37,450 nt of DNA from positions 1 to 37,450 of the IMG/VR virus record IMGVR_UViG_3300042905_000504, one strand, 5' to 3'. The notes below the pieces were generated by a model. That model saw only the letters and a list, made by a program, of their open reading frames with translations. It was not told the DNA's origin and ran no database searches. This document shows, piece after piece, positions 25,839 through 34,140 of the stretch. The translations under genes were made by a program, and so were the position numbers. The stretch is from a virus (lineage: Duplodnaviria; Caudoviricetes). How positions within the stretch are numbered: the stretch's first letter is position 1; each line of letters opens with the position of its first letter.

Positions 25839-26053
25839 CATCAACTTACTTTCAAGATGAATGCTGTTGTACTTGTCGCTTCTGGCAAGGCAACCGAGAG
25901 GTAGAAAGCGATGAAGGTTATTGCCAGCGATATGCTCCTCGGCCTATTACCTATCACTCCGCTGAGGGCAATGGCTACGGCAATGATCCGATCGTTTTAT
26001 GGCCAAGAGTTGCGTCTTGTGAAGAATGCGGCGAATGGGAGGCAGTCAAGTGA
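25835..26053 (+). CDS. Cys-rich hypothetical protein
   Basis: CCTCRFW..GYCQRYAP..WP..CGEW. Confidence 0.7.
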   Translation: MTSTYFQDECCCTCRFWQGNREVESDEGYCQRYAPRPITYHSAEGNGYGNDPIVLWPRVASCEECGEWEAVK

Positions 26054-26838
26054 CCGTTCCCAATGCCGACTACCACGCCGACCCAGCCGTCAGCGCCAGC
26101 CATCTCAAGGCGGTAATGCAATCGCCTTACCACTACTGGAGCCGATACGTTGACCCCAACCGCAAACCGGTTGAGCCAACCGCTGCGATGAAGCTAGGCA
26201 GCCTTGCCCATTGCGCCATCCTTGAACCGGACGAGCTGCTGCAGCGCTACGGCGTATGCGCAGCACGCAATACCAAAGCAGGCAAAGAGCAAGCTGAGCG
26301 CATGGCTGCTGAAGGCATCGAGGCTGTAACCAGTACCGACATGGCGCTGGCGCTCAGCATGGCAGCAGCAGTGCGCAACCACCCGGCAGCCGCAGCACTG
26401 CTGCAGCAAGGCAAAGCTGAGCAGTCCTTCTGGTGGACGGATACGGCCACGGGGATGCGCTGCAAGTGCCGCCCGGACTGGTACCACAACACCACGGTGG
26501 TTGACATCAAGACCACGACCGACGCCAGCCCGCAGGCCTTTGCCCGCAGCGTGGCCACATTCGCTTACCACGTCCAAGCGGCGCATTATCTCGCTGGGCT
26601 GCACGGCGCTGAGCGGTTTGTGTTCGTTGCAGTCGAGAAGACTTACCCGCACGCCGTTGCGGTGTACGAGCTGGACGCCGACGCGCTTGCATTAGGGCGG
26701 ACCATGCGCGACAATGGCATGGACGTGATCGCTGGATGCCATGCCGCCAATGTGTGGCCGGGCTATGGCGACACGACCATCCAGACCATCAGCCTGCCTA
26801 AGTGGGCGACAAATCCCATCGAAACCGAAACCTTCTAA
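26050..26838 (+). CDS. RecE/exonuclease VIII-like PD-(D/E)xK nuclease (DUF3799)
   Basis: [44 protein letters not shown]; GTGA start. Confidence 0.9.
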   Translation: MTVPNADYHADPAVSASHLKAVMQSPYHYWSRYVDPNRKPVEPTAAMKLGSLAHCAILEPDELLQRYGVCAARNTKAGKEQAERMAAEGIEAVTSTDMALALSMAAAVRNHPAAAALLQQGKAEQSFWWTDTATGMRCKCRPDWYHNTTVVDIKTTTDASPQAFARSVATFAYHVQAAHYLAGLHGAERFVFVAVEKTYPHAVAVYELDADALALGRTMRDNGMDVIAGCHAANVWPGYGDTTIQTISLPKWATNPIETETF

Positions 26839-27590
26839 TGTCAACAGCAATTACCACATGGACCCCCGATCAGGTCCAACTGATCAGCAGCACCATTGCA
26901 CCGGGCTGCACCAACGACGAACTGCGGCTGTTTGCCTATGCGTGCCAACGCACTGGCCTTGATCCGTTCAGCAAACAGATCTACGCCATCAAGCGCGCTG
27001 GAAAGCTGACCATCCAAGCAGGCATCGACGGCCTGCGCGCCATTGCAGAGCGCACCGGCCAACTGGATGGATCTGAGACCTATTGGTGCGGCGAGGAGGG
27101 CGACTGGCGTGACGTATGGCTCTCATCCAAGCCGCCCGCTGCAGCTAAGACCATTGTCCACCGCAAAGGCAGCAATCATGCTTTTGTCGGCGTTGCACGG
27201 TTTGCGGACTACAACGCAGGCCAAGGGTTATGGGTCAAGATGCCCGCCGCGATGATTGCCAAATGCTCCGAGGCACTGGCACTGCGTAAGGCATTCCCTG
27301 CTGACATGTCCGGTGTCTACACCACCGACGAGATGGACCAAGCCTCGGAAGCCGTCACCATCACAGCAGACAATGCACCTGCATTACCTGCCGTCAAAGC
27401 CAAAGACACCAGCAAAACCTTTACCGCCGGTGCTGCTGCAATCGCCAAGGCCAAGAGCCTGCAGGACCTAGAGGAGCTGCAACCGCGCATGGCAAAGCGC
27501 CTTGAGGACGGCGACCTGACGCAGGAGCAACACGACAAGCTGCTGCAGCAGATGCTTGAGAAGGAGGCTGACCTTGTATCTGACGACTGA
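26838..27590 (+). CDS. bet: Bet/RecT-family single-strand annealing recombinase
   Basis: [47 protein letters not shown]. Confidence 0.92.
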   Translation: MSTAITTWTPDQVQLISSTIAPGCTNDELRLFAYACQRTGLDPFSKQIYAIKRAGKLTIQAGIDGLRAIAERTGQLDGSETYWCGEEGDWRDVWLSSKPPAAAKTIVHRKGSNHAFVGVARFADYNAGQGLWVKMPAAMIAKCSEALALRKAFPADMSGVYTTDEMDQASEAVTITADNAPALPAVKAKDTSKTFTAGAAAIAKAKSLQDLEELQPRMAKRLEDGDLTQEQHDKLLQQMLEKEADLVSDD

Positions 27591-27777
27591 GCAATTAGCA
27601 GCACGCTGGGGCTTAAAGCCAAGCAGCATTAAATCCCAGCGGCTGCGTGGTCAAGGACCGAGCTATTACACCGTGCCACGGTTTGGCTTGCCGCTAGGCG
27701 AGTCGCGGGTCAGGTATCCAATTGCGGATGTCTTGGCCTTTGAAGAATCTAATTCCATTACCCCCGTCAATCCATGA
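27574..27777 (+). CDS. Excisionase/AlpA-like HTH protein
   Basis: [33 protein letters not shown] start with AAGGAGG SD. Confidence 0.8.
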   Translation: MYLTTEQLAARWGLKPSSIKSQRLRGQGPSYYTVPRFGLPLGESRVRYPIADVLAFEESNSITPVNP

Positions 27778-28115
27778 GCCTTTATGCTTCCGGCATTGTT
27801 CGTATTATTAGCGAACCACAGATTAAGTTTTTTGATTCTGGTACTTGCGTTTGCAACTTCGGTGGTGGCATCAGCGAAGGCAAAGATAAAGATGGCAATT
27901 ACATCAACAATGCTATTGATGTAGAGGTTTGGGGTAAAGGCGGCGAAACCATTGCCGACAACTGCAAAAAGCTCGACAGCATCATGGTGACCGGTTCAAT
28001 CCGCCGCCAAGACTGGGTAGACAAAGAAACCGGCGAAAAGCGCAGCAAGCATGTGCTGAACGTGCAGCGGTTTGAATATTTGCCCCGCCCCAAGACTGAG
28101 GAGGCTGCGTTCTGA
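27774..28115 (+). CDS. ssb: Single-stranded DNA-binding protein
   Basis: OB fold: IDVEVWGK, IMVTGSIRRQDWVDKETGEKRSK; short acidic tail ending in F. Confidence 0.9.
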   Translation: MSLYASGIVRIISEPQIKFFDSGTCVCNFGGGISEGKDKDGNYINNAIDVEVWGKGGETIADNCKKLDSIMVTGSIRRQDWVDKETGEKRSKHVLNVQRFEYLPRPKTEEAAF

Positions 28116-28258
28116 TGAACGAACCCGCCATCAAAGCAGCCTTTGAGGAGTGGTGGCGTGACAGTTATGGGGTGCCTCCGGGCACCCATGCTGTTATGAC
28201 CCATGTCGCCTTTGCTGCATATGTGCTCAAGCTGATGGAGCTGTTGCAGGATGACTGA
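28115..28258 (+). CDS. Small hypothetical protein (47 aa)
   Basis: Manual translation MNEPAIKAAFEEWWRDSYGVPPGTHAVMTHVAFAAYVLKLMELLQDD; coupled at both ends. Confidence 0.7.
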   Translation: MNEPAIKAAFEEWWRDSYGVPPGTHAVMTHVAFAAYVLKLMELLQDD

Positions 28259-28457
28259 TCTGGTCAACCACCCGCCGCACTACACGCAAGGCGGCATTGA
28301 GTGCATCGAAGCTATCCAGGCAGCGCTGACCCCGGACGAGTTCCGGGGTTACTGCAAAGGTCAGATCATTAAATACATCTGGCGCGCTGAACACAAAGGC
28401 AACCCAGCGCAAGACATGCGCAAAGCTAACTGGTACATGCAGTGGCTGATAACTTAA
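28251..28457 (+). CDS. DUF3310 protein (T7 gp1.7-like nucleotide kinase family)
   Basis: DLVNHPPHYTQGGIECIEAI..KYIWRAEHKG..QDMRKANWY. Confidence 0.9.
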   Translation: MTDLVNHPPHYTQGGIECIEAIQAALTPDEFRGYCKGQIIKYIWRAEHKGNPAQDMRKANWYMQWLIT

Positions 28458-28702
28458 GTGATCGCCGCGCTGTCGGTAAAGGCCGCAACCTGACGGTTAA
28501 TATCCGCATGACGCGGGAAGAGGTTGAAGCCGCACGCAAACTAGGCGACGGCAACATTAGCATGGGCTTCCGTCATGCCATCAGGTACGCCTGCTGGAAA
28601 GACATGAAACCAGTCAAGCTCAGCACCATGCTGCGCAGTGCAGCAGTCATGGCACAAAACTTAGAAGATGCCCGCCGTTCAAACACCGTGCCCGAAATGT
28701 AG
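28442..28702 (+). CDS. Hypothetical protein, RHH-like
   Basis: TVNIRMTREEVEAARKLGDGNISMGFR. Confidence 0.6.
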   Translation: MADNLSDRRAVGKGRNLTVNIRMTREEVEAARKLGDGNISMGFRHAIRYACWKDMKPVKLSTMLRSAAVMAQNLEDARRSNTVPEM

Positions 28703-28874
28703 TAGCCACTGCACTTATGTGGTTCTAACAAAACAAAACGACGGTACGATTTACCGCCGCCGCAAATGCAAAGCCTGCGGTCATCGCTGGTACACGTTTC
28801 AACCTCAAGAGCAATTTTTACCCAATCACCTCATCACCTGGACCCATGATTCTGTGCGACACCGAGATCCATGA
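28668..28874 (+). CDS. NrdR N-terminal-like Zn-ribbon protein
   Basis: CPKC..IYRRRKCKACGHRWYT. Confidence 0.75.
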   Translation: MPAVQTPCPKCSSHCTYVVLTKQNDGTIYRRRKCKACGHRWYTFQPQEQFLPNHLITWTHDSVRHRDP

Positions 28875-29397
28875 CCTTATCGCGCAAGGCATGGTGCAAC
28901 ATCACCAGCCGGAGTTGATCAACCCCGCCAGCCTGGACCTGCGGTTAGGTGACCTGATCATGCTTGAATCAGTCGAATCGCATCAGATGATCCCGCTGTC
29001 GATTAAGGACTACACGCCAGACCACCCATACGAGTTGGTGCCGGGGCAGTTCATCCTTGCGCAGACCATAGAGACGTTCGTGATGCCTGAGGATGTGGCT
29101 GGGCTGTTCTTCCTTAAGTCCAGCCGCGCCCGCGAGGGTTACGAGAACCTGCACGCCGGATACGCTGATCCAGGCTGGCACGGTAGTGCGCTGACGCTTG
29201 AGCTAAAGAACGCACGCCAACTGCAGCCGCTGCCGGTGTATCCGGGATTGAAGATCGGTCAGATGGTCTTTTTCCGCATGAGCCAACGCCCTGCATTGAG
29301 TTATGCGTTGACCGGCCACTACAACAACGACAAGCTAGTGGCCGCCAGCAAGCAGTTCACTGGCCGCGGCCAGATGCCACGGTTCAACGCTGCATGA
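28846..29397 (+). CDS. dcd: dCTP deaminase
   Basis: NPASLDLRLG, KSSRAREG, AGYADPGWHG, LTLEL, KIGQMVF. Confidence 0.93.
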   Translation: MILCDTEIHDLIAQGMVQHHQPELINPASLDLRLGDLIMLESVESHQMIPLSIKDYTPDHPYELVPGQFILAQTIETFVMPEDVAGLFFLKSSRAREGYENLHAGYADPGWHGSALTLELKNARQLQPLPVYPGLKIGQMVFFRMSQRPALSYALTGHYNNDKLVAASKQFTGRGQMPRFNAA

Positions 29398-29580
29398 ACG
29401 CATTGCCTCGCCAACCAACCACTTAATCTGCGACCGCTGGCTGGCTTCTTGCTCAGCCAGCAGCAGTGCATATTCCAACAATCCATTCCAGTCGCCGCGT
29501 TCATGCAGCTCCCGCAGCACCTGCGCGTTGGCAGCACCGTGGAACTGTGCTTCTATTGTGTGAACCAATGGTCTCATCAT
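29335..29580 (-). CDS. Hypothetical protein, antisense within the early block
   Basis: Fills the dcd-sigma gap with a helical protein-like sequence; start overlaps the sigma ATG. Confidence 0.55.
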   Translation of the reverse strand: MMRPLVHTIEAQFHGAANAQVLRELHERGDWNGLLEYALLLAEQEASQRSQIKWLVGEAMRSCSVEPWHLAAASELLAGGH

Positions 29581-30478
29581 GGCTGATTATGTCAAGGACT
29601 ACCTAAACAGTATCGCTAAATATCCACTCTTGACACCGCAGCAAGAGATACAACTCGGCAGACGCGTGCAGCGGTGGCGTGAGCTGAAGCAGCTAGACCG
29701 TGCGCTGACGACTGACGAACGCCGCGAGCTGCGCAGCGGTGACCGCGCCCGGCAACGGTTTATCCAGTCCAACCTGCAGCTTGTGGTCCATGTCGCACGC
29801 AAATACGACAAGCGCAGCCATAAGACGCTTGAGTTTATCGACCTGATCCAAGAGGGCAATATCGGCCTATCGCGTGCGGTTGACCTGTTCGACCCAAGCA
29901 GAGGTTACAAGTTCTCAACCTACGCCTATTGGTGGATCCGGCAGGCCATTACACGAGCGCTGGTCACGTATGACCCGGTTATCAAGCTGCCGGTCAGTGT
30001 CCATGAGATGCTGTTTAAGGTTGGCCGTGTCGCGCAGCAACTAGGTCATGAGCTAGGCCGCACGCCGTCGATGACTGAAATTGCAGACCAGATCAGCGTT
30101 GGCGTTGAAGATTTATCCATGCTGCTGAAGCAGTCTTACCGCGTCACCAGCCTTGATGCGCATATTGCAGACACTGAAAACAATGTGATTGTTGACATGA
30201 TCGCTGACCCTGCATTCACAAAAGAAGAAACAAGGCAAGAGATACAGGAGATGATGGAATACTTCAACAAATACCTTGATGACATCACGCAGCAAGTATT
30301 GCGCGCACGGCTTATCAGTAAACCTATCACTTGGGCAGAGCTGGAGCGGGATCTTAACATCAGCAAAAGCAAATTGCAGGACCTTGAGCGCCGTGGCATC
30401 AAGCGGCTGCGTATGCTAATGAGCAACCCGTTGACAGGTACACCCCTTGGAACCGACGATAGAAAAACACAACGATAA
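29579..30478 (+). CDS. RpoD/sigma70-family RNA polymerase sigma factor, cyanobacterial type
   Basis: YPLLTPQQEIQLG, NLQLVVHVARKY, DLIQEGNIGL, FDPSRGYKFSTYAYWWIRQAI, degenerate region 4. Confidence 0.93.
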   Translation: MADYVKDYLNSIAKYPLLTPQQEIQLGRRVQRWRELKQLDRALTTDERRELRSGDRARQRFIQSNLQLVVHVARKYDKRSHKTLEFIDLIQEGNIGLSRAVDLFDPSRGYKFSTYAYWWIRQAITRALVTYDPVIKLPVSVHEMLFKVGRVAQQLGHELGRTPSMTEIADQISVGVEDLSMLLKQSYRVTSLDAHIADTENNVIVDMIADPAFTKEETRQEIQEMMEYFNKYLDDITQQVLRARLISKPITWAELERDLNISKSKLQDLERRGIKRLRMLMSNPLTGTPLGTDDRKTQR

Positions 30479-30620
30479 ATGGCGCGTTTGTTATAACGGA
30501 ATGTGTAGAGACCATGCGCAAGATTGGCAAGCAATGGTCTTTTATCACCAGATGCTTAATCAATCAACCAGTCCTGAATCTTTAGCACGCGGTCAACGGT
30601 CCATGAATCTTGACGGCTGA
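30447..30620 (+). CDS. Small hypothetical protein (57 aa)
   Basis: Manual translation from TTG: MEPTIEKHNDKWRVCYNGMCRDHAQDWQAMVFYHQML... Confidence 0.5.
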   Translation: MEPTIEKHNDKWRVCYNGMCRDHAQDWQAMVFYHQMLNQSTSPESLARGQRSMNLDG

Positions 30621-30855
30621 ACCATTCGCGCCATTCTTCGCTGCCTTTGCGACGGTTGCAATTCCGGCACGCCGGTACAAGATTGCTGGCAACTGTAGCG
30701 CCACCTTTATGGCGTGGCTTTACATGGTCCAGCGTGTCAGCCGGTACGCCGCAGTACGCACATTGATGGCCCCATGCCTCGAATATCTGTTTTCTGAATA
30801 AATGCTTTGCATTGCGTTTCGGGATAAGGTTTGAGCCATCAATCAGATGATCCAC
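30556..30855 (-). CDS. HNH endonuclease
   Basis: CAYCG..TLDHVKPRHKGG..NLVPACRNCNRRKG. Confidence 0.92.
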   Translation of the reverse strand: MDHLIDGSNLIPKRNAKHLFRKQIFEAWGHQCAYCGVPADTLDHVKPRHKGGATVASNLVPACRNCNRRKGSEEWREWFSRQDSWTVDRVLKIQDWLID

Positions 30856-31021
30856 GAAGCTCGGGGATAGGTAGCACCTGGACGGACAAGCCCAGGATGT
30901 GATCGTTGGACGGCGCTAACTCAGTGAGCCGCGCCACGAAGTCATCCGATACCGCTTCCGGGTCGTCGTTGTCTGATTCGACAACAATGGTGTATTCCAC
31001 CTCTAGGACGTACTGCCTCAT
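30839..31021 (-). CDS. Small acidic hypothetical protein
   Basis: Coupled (ATGA) in the operon. Confidence 0.65.
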   Translation of the reverse strand: MRQYVLEVEYTIVVESDNDDPEAVSDDFVARLTELAPSNDHILGLSVQVLPIPELRGSSD

Positions 31022-31869
31022 ACCGTTGGCTCGCAGGTGATGTCAACGCCGCCGCGATCCCGTGGCCGCAGCGTCATCCAGATGCCGCCGAGCGATTTAG
31101 GCATCACGATGCGCTCAATAGCCCAGCCGCCCGTAGCGCCGAACTCTTGCTTGTAGGTGCCGGTCTGCAGGTGCCAGCGCTGCTCGATCCATGCTTTGCC
31201 GTTTTCTGCGATGCGGTAGCACGGGTGCGCCACGATGCTGCGTTCGTGGTTATGGCCGTTGATCATGATGTCGGCGTCCGGCGCGATCTGCGCATACCGC
31301 CCACCGCCCATGGTGCCTTTGGTGATGATGCCGCCCCATGCGCCGTGGTGAAAGAACAACGTGCAGCGCCGCACCCTGCCGGTCGGTTGGTAAAACACAA
31401 ACCGCACGAAGCCTTGGTAACCCATGTGCTCGGTGACCGCGCCGTCGTTGCGCATGAGCCTGACAACGTTCTCTAGCGGGTCGATCTCTTGGTTGTTGAG
31501 TACAGCGGTCTCGTGGTTGCCGTCGCCCATCATCAGGATCATGTCGCCGTAAGGCTTGAGCAGGTCTGCTGACTCGCGGAACACCAGATCGAAGTAATTA
31601 CCGCCGAGATGCTCTGGCCTGATGTCGCCTTTACTTCCGCGTCTGTCTTTTTTGCCCTGCATGAGGCACATGACATCGCCAAACATCAACGCCCGGCCGC
31701 CGCGTTGCTTGCACTCGTCTAGGTGCTGCAGCAGCAGCTTGCGGTCACATTTCGGGTTATCGAGGTGGATGTCTGATGCAAGCAGGAAGGTTGCAGAGTC
31801 CTGTCTGCTCTGATACGGTATCCGTACCTCTAGCAGCTCTGGCGACAGCCGCGTCGTGGTGATCGCCAT
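31018..31869 (-). CDS. Calcineurin-like metallophosphoesterase
   Basis: SDIH, FGD, GNHE, HHG, GHNH motifs. Confidence 0.9.
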   Translation of the reverse strand: MAITTTRLSPELLEVRIPYQSRQDSATFLLASDIHLDNPKCDRKLLLQHLDECKQRGGRALMFGDVMCLMQGKKDRRGSKGDIRPEHLGGNYFDLVFRESADLLKPYGDMILMMGDGNHETAVLNNQEIDPLENVVRLMRNDGAVTEHMGYQGFVRFVFYQPTGRVRRCTLFFHHGAWGGIITKGTMGGGRYAQIAPDADIMINGHNHERSIVAHPCYRIAENGKAWIEQRWHLQTGTYKQEFGATGGWAIERIVMPKSLGGIWMTLRPRDRGGVDITCEPTV

Positions 31870-31896
31870 GCCGTGGTATCGGCTTACACCAGGAGT

Positions 31897-32961
31897 CTAA
31901 TAAGGCCAGGTAAGACGCGGCTTGCCTTGGCGTATCCCAAGATGCACGAAACCTTTAGGTGCGCCTAGGCCGGTGCTATACGGCCAATGCTTGACGCACC
32001 AGTCCTGCACGGCGTAGATGTCAGCGCCTGCAATGTAGAAGTCCACCGCGCCGACGTTTGGTGCGTTGTAAAGGTGCTCTGACTGGCTAGCACCACCAAC
32101 GCTGCGGTTAATTGCTGACGGTCGATACCCGCTGGTGATGACCACAGGCTTGCCGCCAAATGCACCGCGCACGCGCTCGAGGAATGCCGCCAGCTCGGCG
32201 GCTGTATCGACTTGGTGCTGATGGTCAAAACGCCGCGCCTCTTGGTCAAGGGCAAACTCACCGATGCGGATATGCGGCGTAATCCGCGCTGAGAACGGGC
32301 TGCTAGGGCTCAGCTTGGCCGTTTGCGACTCAATACCCCACAGCCTGCCTTCCGCTTGCCTGCGGCGCAGCAGGCCAGCTTCCACGGCCGTTCCGGGGTT
32401 GCGGTACAGCAGCATGGCCTCAGGCACCTGCGCCCACTCCTTCGCCTTGAGCCGCTTGCTGATGGTCTCAAAGCCAGCAGCGCCGTAAAAGCCCGAGCCA
32501 AGGTTGTAGGCGAAGCTAATCAGCGCGCATTGCTTGTCGCCGCTCATTGCGTTCCAGTACGGCACCGTGCTGCGCAGTTTGCTGGCGATGCGCTCGATCT
32601 CTAGATCCAGCAGCCGGTTAGCGTCGATGACGCTGATCTTGTCGCCGCGCTGCACCTTACGGCCGTCGCTGTATCTAGTGGTGCCATAGCCAATAGTCCA
32701 TGGCTCGCCGCCGCTAAGCGGATCGGGATAAGCCGACAGGTGGCAGCCCTCAAACTCGCGGATGAGCTGCGCAGCCGCGTCATAGTTGTGCAGCTTGCCG
32801 CCTTGCTGCCATGTCTTGTACCACGCCTGGTCTTTGTTAAACAATTCCGGCGCAGCCTTTAACAGCTCAGCTTCCAGTTCAACGATCGCCGCCATTTGAT
32901 GCGGCGTGCCGTGTTTGTAATACCGAAACAGGTCGGTCAGCCTGATTGGTTCCTTAGCCAC
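31897..32961 (-). CDS. Endolysin: GH24 lysozyme + peptidase M15A-like domain
   Basis: FEGCHLSAYPD..WTIGYG, ALISFAYNLG, GLLRRRQAE, then TSGYR..SEH..AVDF..FVHLG. Confidence 0.9.
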   Translation of the reverse strand: MAKEPIRLTDLFRYYKHGTPHQMAAIVELEAELLKAAPELFNKDQAWYKTWQQGGKLHNYDAAAQLIREFEGCHLSAYPDPLSGGEPWTIGYGTTRYSDGRKVQRGDKISVIDANRLLDLEIERIASKLRSTVPYWNAMSGDKQCALISFAYNLGSGFYGAAGFETISKRLKAKEWAQVPEAMLLYRNPGTAVEAGLLRRRQAEGRLWGIESQTAKLSPSSPFSARITPHIRIGEFALDQEARRFDHQHQVDTAAELAAFLERVRGAFGGKPVVITSGYRPSAINRSVGGASQSEHLYNAPNVGAVDFYIAGADIYAVQDWCVKHWPYSTGLGAPKGFVHLGIRQGKPRLTWPY

Positions 32962-33094
32962 GCTTGGGGAACATCATGCGCAGTGCCTGCAGCAGCAGTT
33001 GGATCCAGCTATTGGACTTGAGCGGGGTCAACGCGATGACCTCGCTACCAGCGGCGAGGATGATGGCGATGACGGCGACGGTTTGCGCGTCCAT
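32954..33094 (-). CDS. Small hydrophobic protein, holin candidate (46 aa)
   Basis: Manual translation MDAQTVAVIAIILAAGSEVIALTPLKSNSWIQLLLQALRMMFPKRG; directly before the endolysin. Confidence 0.65.
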   Translation of the reverse strand: MDAQTVAVIAIILAAGSEVIALTPLKSNSWIQLLLQALRMMFPKRG

Positions 33095-33096
33095 GG

Positions 33097-33345
33097 TCAA
33101 TGGTGTGGGCGTGCCTCAAGCATAGTGACGCGCTGCTCAACGCCGTTAAGACGCGAGAAAGTCTCCTTGCGGTCTTCTTTGATGTCGTTATGGAGCACTT
33201 CCAGTTGCGTGGCGATGTGCTCAACGGCGGCGGTGAGCCTGATCACGGCGTCACGCGCTTCATCGTTGCGCTTGCTGAAGCCCATCGCGCCCATCGCAGC
33301 CACGCTGATGGATGCCCCAGCAACAGCAGCGATCAGCTCGATCAT
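33097..33345 (-). CDS. TM + coiled-coil protein (holin-like / lysis module)
   Basis: Hydrophobic N-terminus followed by heptads ending RLNGVEQRVTMLE. Confidence 0.65.
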   Translation of the reverse strand: MIELIAAVAGASISVAAMGAMGFSKRNDEARDAVIRLTAAVEHIATQLEVLHNDIKEDRKETFSRLNGVEQRVTMLEARPHH

Positions 33346-33857
33346 GCAACCATGCTATCGCCGCTCACTGCGTCTGATGCAATCGGCGCTGGTGGCTGTG
33401 GCTGCGGCGCATACGGGTCACCAGGCCACACGGGGTAATCAGGACCAGTGATGTAGGCAGCCAGCGCGTCGGTGTCGGCTGTGTCACGGATGGCTGTGAC
33501 CTTGACGCCGGTAGCCAGCCGGATGTCTTCGCGCCAGGTCTTTAGCACCGGGTCAGCAGCTTTGCCGTTGTCAGCTTCGCGGATGATGATCCAGTCCGTA
33601 GGAGCCAGCAGCGTGTTAGCGGTGGTGCGTGTCTGTGCCACCCACTGTTCGACCAGTTGCCCGTGATCCTTTGGCAGCCCTGGCCCCCAGTAAAACCGCT
33701 GGTCATACGGTTCAGGGTCCGGTTCCCACACGATGCCGAGCTTGTCGCGGTCAAGCTGTGTGCTGAGTCTCAGCCAGTTGGCAGGGTACTGGATGCCTTC
33801 GTAGCTCCATGGCGCATCCATGGGAAGGGTCCGGCCGTCTGGGAGTGCGTAAGGCAT
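33342..33857 (-). CDS. Tail fibre assembly chaperone-like protein
   Basis: IQYPANWL, YDQRFYW, LLAPTDW..WREDIR..WP; follows the fibre genes. Confidence 0.7.
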   Translation of the reverse strand: MPYALPDGRTLPMDAPWSYEGIQYPANWLRLSTQLDRDKLGIVWEPDPEPYDQRFYWGPGLPKDHGQLVEQWVAQTRTTANTLLAPTDWIIIREADNGKAADPVLKTWREDIRLATGVKVTAIRDTADTDALAAYITGPDYPVWPGDPYAPQPQPPAPIASDAVSGDSMVA

Positions 33858-33894
33858 GACTAAAGGGTGCGTTCTGGCAGTCTAGATGGAATGA

Positions 33895-34038
33895 CTACGA
33901 GGGGTCGGGGAGTTGCTCCAGGGCGCGGAGAAGGATGTTGTAATGGGCTGCGTCCAGTTCAGCGTCATCTAACACTGCCAGCGCCTGCTCTTTCAGCGAC
34001 GGCGGCGGCGTAATCGGATGCTTGTAGTCTTGGGTCAT
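33895..34038 (-). CDS. Small hypothetical protein (47 aa)
   Basis: Manual translation MTQDYKHPITPPPSLKEQALAVLDDAELDAAHYNILLRALEQLPDPS; GGAGGA SD. Confidence 0.65.
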   Translation of the reverse strand: MTQDYKHPITPPPSLKEQALAVLDDAELDAAHYNILLRALEQLPDPS

Positions 34039-34140
34039 CGTCGATCCTCCAATCGGCGGTCACAGGGGCAGGGTGTTAGCGCACCGCTGCTCCACCACCT
34101 TACCACCGTGTCAAGCCGCCACACAGGTCTTGTTCACTAC

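Noticed and set aside
34097-34114. TTGACA at 34114-34109 as a functional -35 box
   Set aside because: No -10 at 16-18 nt spacing; the nearest -10-like hexamer is only 6 nt away.
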